Shown: positions 60,554 through 64,000 of the stretch, piece after piece
Position numbering within the stretch: the first letter of the stretch is position 1
Layout: every line of letters starts with the position of its first letter
Assembly (NCBI GenBank): GCA_963843375.1
Contig: CAWJKT010000009.1
Location: 128,001-192,000 of the forward strand
Direction of reading: 5' to 3'
Source: an uncultured Pseudomonadota bacterium
Lineage (GTDB): Bacteria > Oederibacteriota > Muellerivitia > Muellerivitales > Muellerivitaceae
Length of the DNA: 64,000 nucleotides
Notes under the pieces: model-generated
Told to the model about the DNA's origin: nothing
The model's database searches: none
What the model saw: only the letters and a program-made list of their open reading frames with translations
Position numbers and translations under genes: made by a program

Positions 60554-61201
60554 ACAACGGCCTATTTATTACATTTGAAGGTACGGAAGGGTCCGGTAAA
60601 ACCACCCAACTGCGTCTCTTGGCCGCGGTCCTCAAGGAATACCGAGTCCCGCACATTGTCACGCGGGAGCCGGGTGGGTCCAGCTTGAGTACCCAATTGC
60701 GGCATTGGATCCTGAACAAACTGGAATACAAACTGATGCCCCGGACCGAATTGTTATTGTTCCTGGCCGACCGGGCCCAGCATGTAGGGGAAGTCATCGA
60801 ACCCGCTTTGAAACAGGGAAAAGTAGTTCTTTGCGACCGTTACTCCGATTCCACCTTGGCCTACCAGGGCGGGGGCCGGGGTTTCGAGATGAAGCTTTTA
60901 AAAATACTGAATCAAGTCGCGAGCGAATTGAAACCCGACTTAACCCTTCTTTTCGACCTGCCGGTTGAAGTGGGACTTCAGGCGGGCCCTGGGCCGAGGC
61001 AAGGGGAAGGACCGCATGGAAAGTGAAAGCCTGAGATTCCACAGGGCGGTCCGCCGGGTTTACTTGGAAACCGCCCGCAAGGAAAAGGGACGATTTATCG
61101 TCGTCAATGCTAACCAAAGCCGGGAATTCGCTTACCAGGAAATGTTGGAAGGCTTGATCGATCGGCTGCCTTTACGAAAAAAAGGTGGGAGACGTGGCTG
61201 A
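60550..61201 (+). CDS. tmk: Thymidylate kinase (frameshift near 60975)
   Basis: FITFEGTEGSGKTTQ, TREPGG, CDRYSDSTLAYQG. Confidence 0.93.
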
Positions 61202-62267
61202 ATTTATCGTTCCCCGTTTGGAAAAACTTAATTCTCAACCAGAAGTCCAGAAGCTTTTAAAGGGTCTTTTGAATCATCCGGGCGTCCAAACTTTTCTTTG
61301 GGTTGGGCCGGAAGGGACCGGCAAGAAAACTTACGCTCTTCCTTGGTTCGAAGTCTTTTTTGCAAGGAAGGAGTCGATTGCCCGGGTTGCCCACCTGCAG
61401 GCAGGTTCTTTAGCAAAACCCATCCCGATCTCTTTTGGGTCCACCGTGGACTATTTCTGGAGCGATGATTCGGAAGATAATAAAAAACAAGGGATTGTGG
61501 TGGATGTGGCCAAACGCTTGCGGAAAAACTTAACCAGGCGCCTTTTTCGGCGCCTTTCAATGTCGCGGTAATTCCAAACGCGCGAGGGATTGAATGAGCA
61601 GGCCCAAAATGTTCTTCTTGAAAACCCTGGAGGAGCCTCCGGCCAACTCTCTGGTGATTTTACTTGCCGAAAAGACCGGAGATTTTCTTCCAACGGTCCT
61701 TTCCCGTTGCCGACTCGTTCGTTTTCCGGCCTTGTCCACAACGAATATTGAGGGGATACTGGTGAAGGATTACGGTTGGAAAAAGCCCGAAGCGTTAAAA
61801 GCGGCCGAGGAAGCAAATGGCAATTTGGCCTTGGCGTTGAAAATGAGTGATGAAAACTGGGCCCAATTCCGGGATAAGGTCTGTGGGGATTTTGACAAGG
61901 CTCTTCAGGGTCCGGACGAGGAATGGCTTTCCTTGGTCAGCGAATATGACCAATGGGAACCCGATTTTTTAGGCGATAGTGGAAATGACGGCAACCCAAC
62001 GAAAGGCCGAAGTATTAACCGCGGCCTTCCAGGTTTACTTGGCTTTGTGGTCCCGACGGTTATCAGGCGGGGCGGAAGTCCCTGACCAGATTGACCTCCC
62101 TGCCGGCGGACGTGGTCTTAAAATGTCTGCAAAAACACCAGGATATGATTCCAACTAACCTGAATTCGAGGATGATCCTGGATCATTTATTCTTGGAATT
62201 AAGGGAAGGTTTCAAAAAGGGCGAACTCCCTAACCGTTCTTTCTCGGAAATGTCGGTGCAAATGTAA
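61194..62267 (+). CDS. holB: DNA polymerase III delta' subunit (several frameshifts)
   Basis: GPEGTGK, LKTLEEPP, LPTVLSRC; follows tmk. Confidence 0.85.
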
Positions 62268-62272
62268 AGTGA

Positions 62273-63857
<1,585 letters not shown>

Positions 63858-63858
<1 letters not shown>

Positions 63859-64000
63859 TGGCCGCTCTTATTGATTCCCATTGCCATTTGGATGACGAAC
63901 GTCTTTTGGTTGACGAGGAAAATGTCCTCAAGAAAGCCAGGGAATTCGGAGTGGAAATTCTCGTGACTATTGGTACGGACGAGAAAACATCGGCTGCGGC
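63858..64000 (+). CDS. tatD: TatD-family nuclease, N-terminal part
   Basis: MAALIDSHCHLD; TAATG overlap with metG; usual metG-tatD order. Confidence 0.85.

Overview
Bacterial chromosome window, probably from a diderm (an outer-membrane beta-barrel gene is present), in three parts. (1) Accessory/mobile region, 1-36.8 kb. It holds chrA, a MerR-led arsenic operon with a ZntR-type operator, a complete group II intron inserted in a palindromic site next to a short serine recombinase, and a highly structured non-coding stretch followed by ardC and radC (conjugative leading-region-like). It then carries a PafB/PafC-like WYL regulator pair with small genes, an AT-rich class II DISARM cluster extended with a putative restriction endonuclease and Vsr, and an IS21 element. 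(2) Signalling cluster, 36.8-50.7 kb: a poly-HAMP hybrid histidine kinase, many receiver proteins and a diguanylate cyclase. (3) Core genome, 51-64 kb: tRNA-Tyr/Gly/Thr/Trp, a PEP-carboxykinase-like gene, aspA-like, tuf, rpmG, secE, nusG, rplKAJL, dinB-like, tmk, holB, metG and tatD. Many of these carry single-base frameshifts that look like sequencing errors. The strongest candidate for an undescribed system is the WYL pair together with four copies of a promoter motif (AAASCCTT...TGTCYG-N10-TA-N3-T) matching the geometry of mycobacterial PafBC target promoters. Two of the copies drive unannotated, paralogous 27-aa membrane peptides that bracket the DISARM cluster. All family calls come from motif recognition by eye; no database searches were run.
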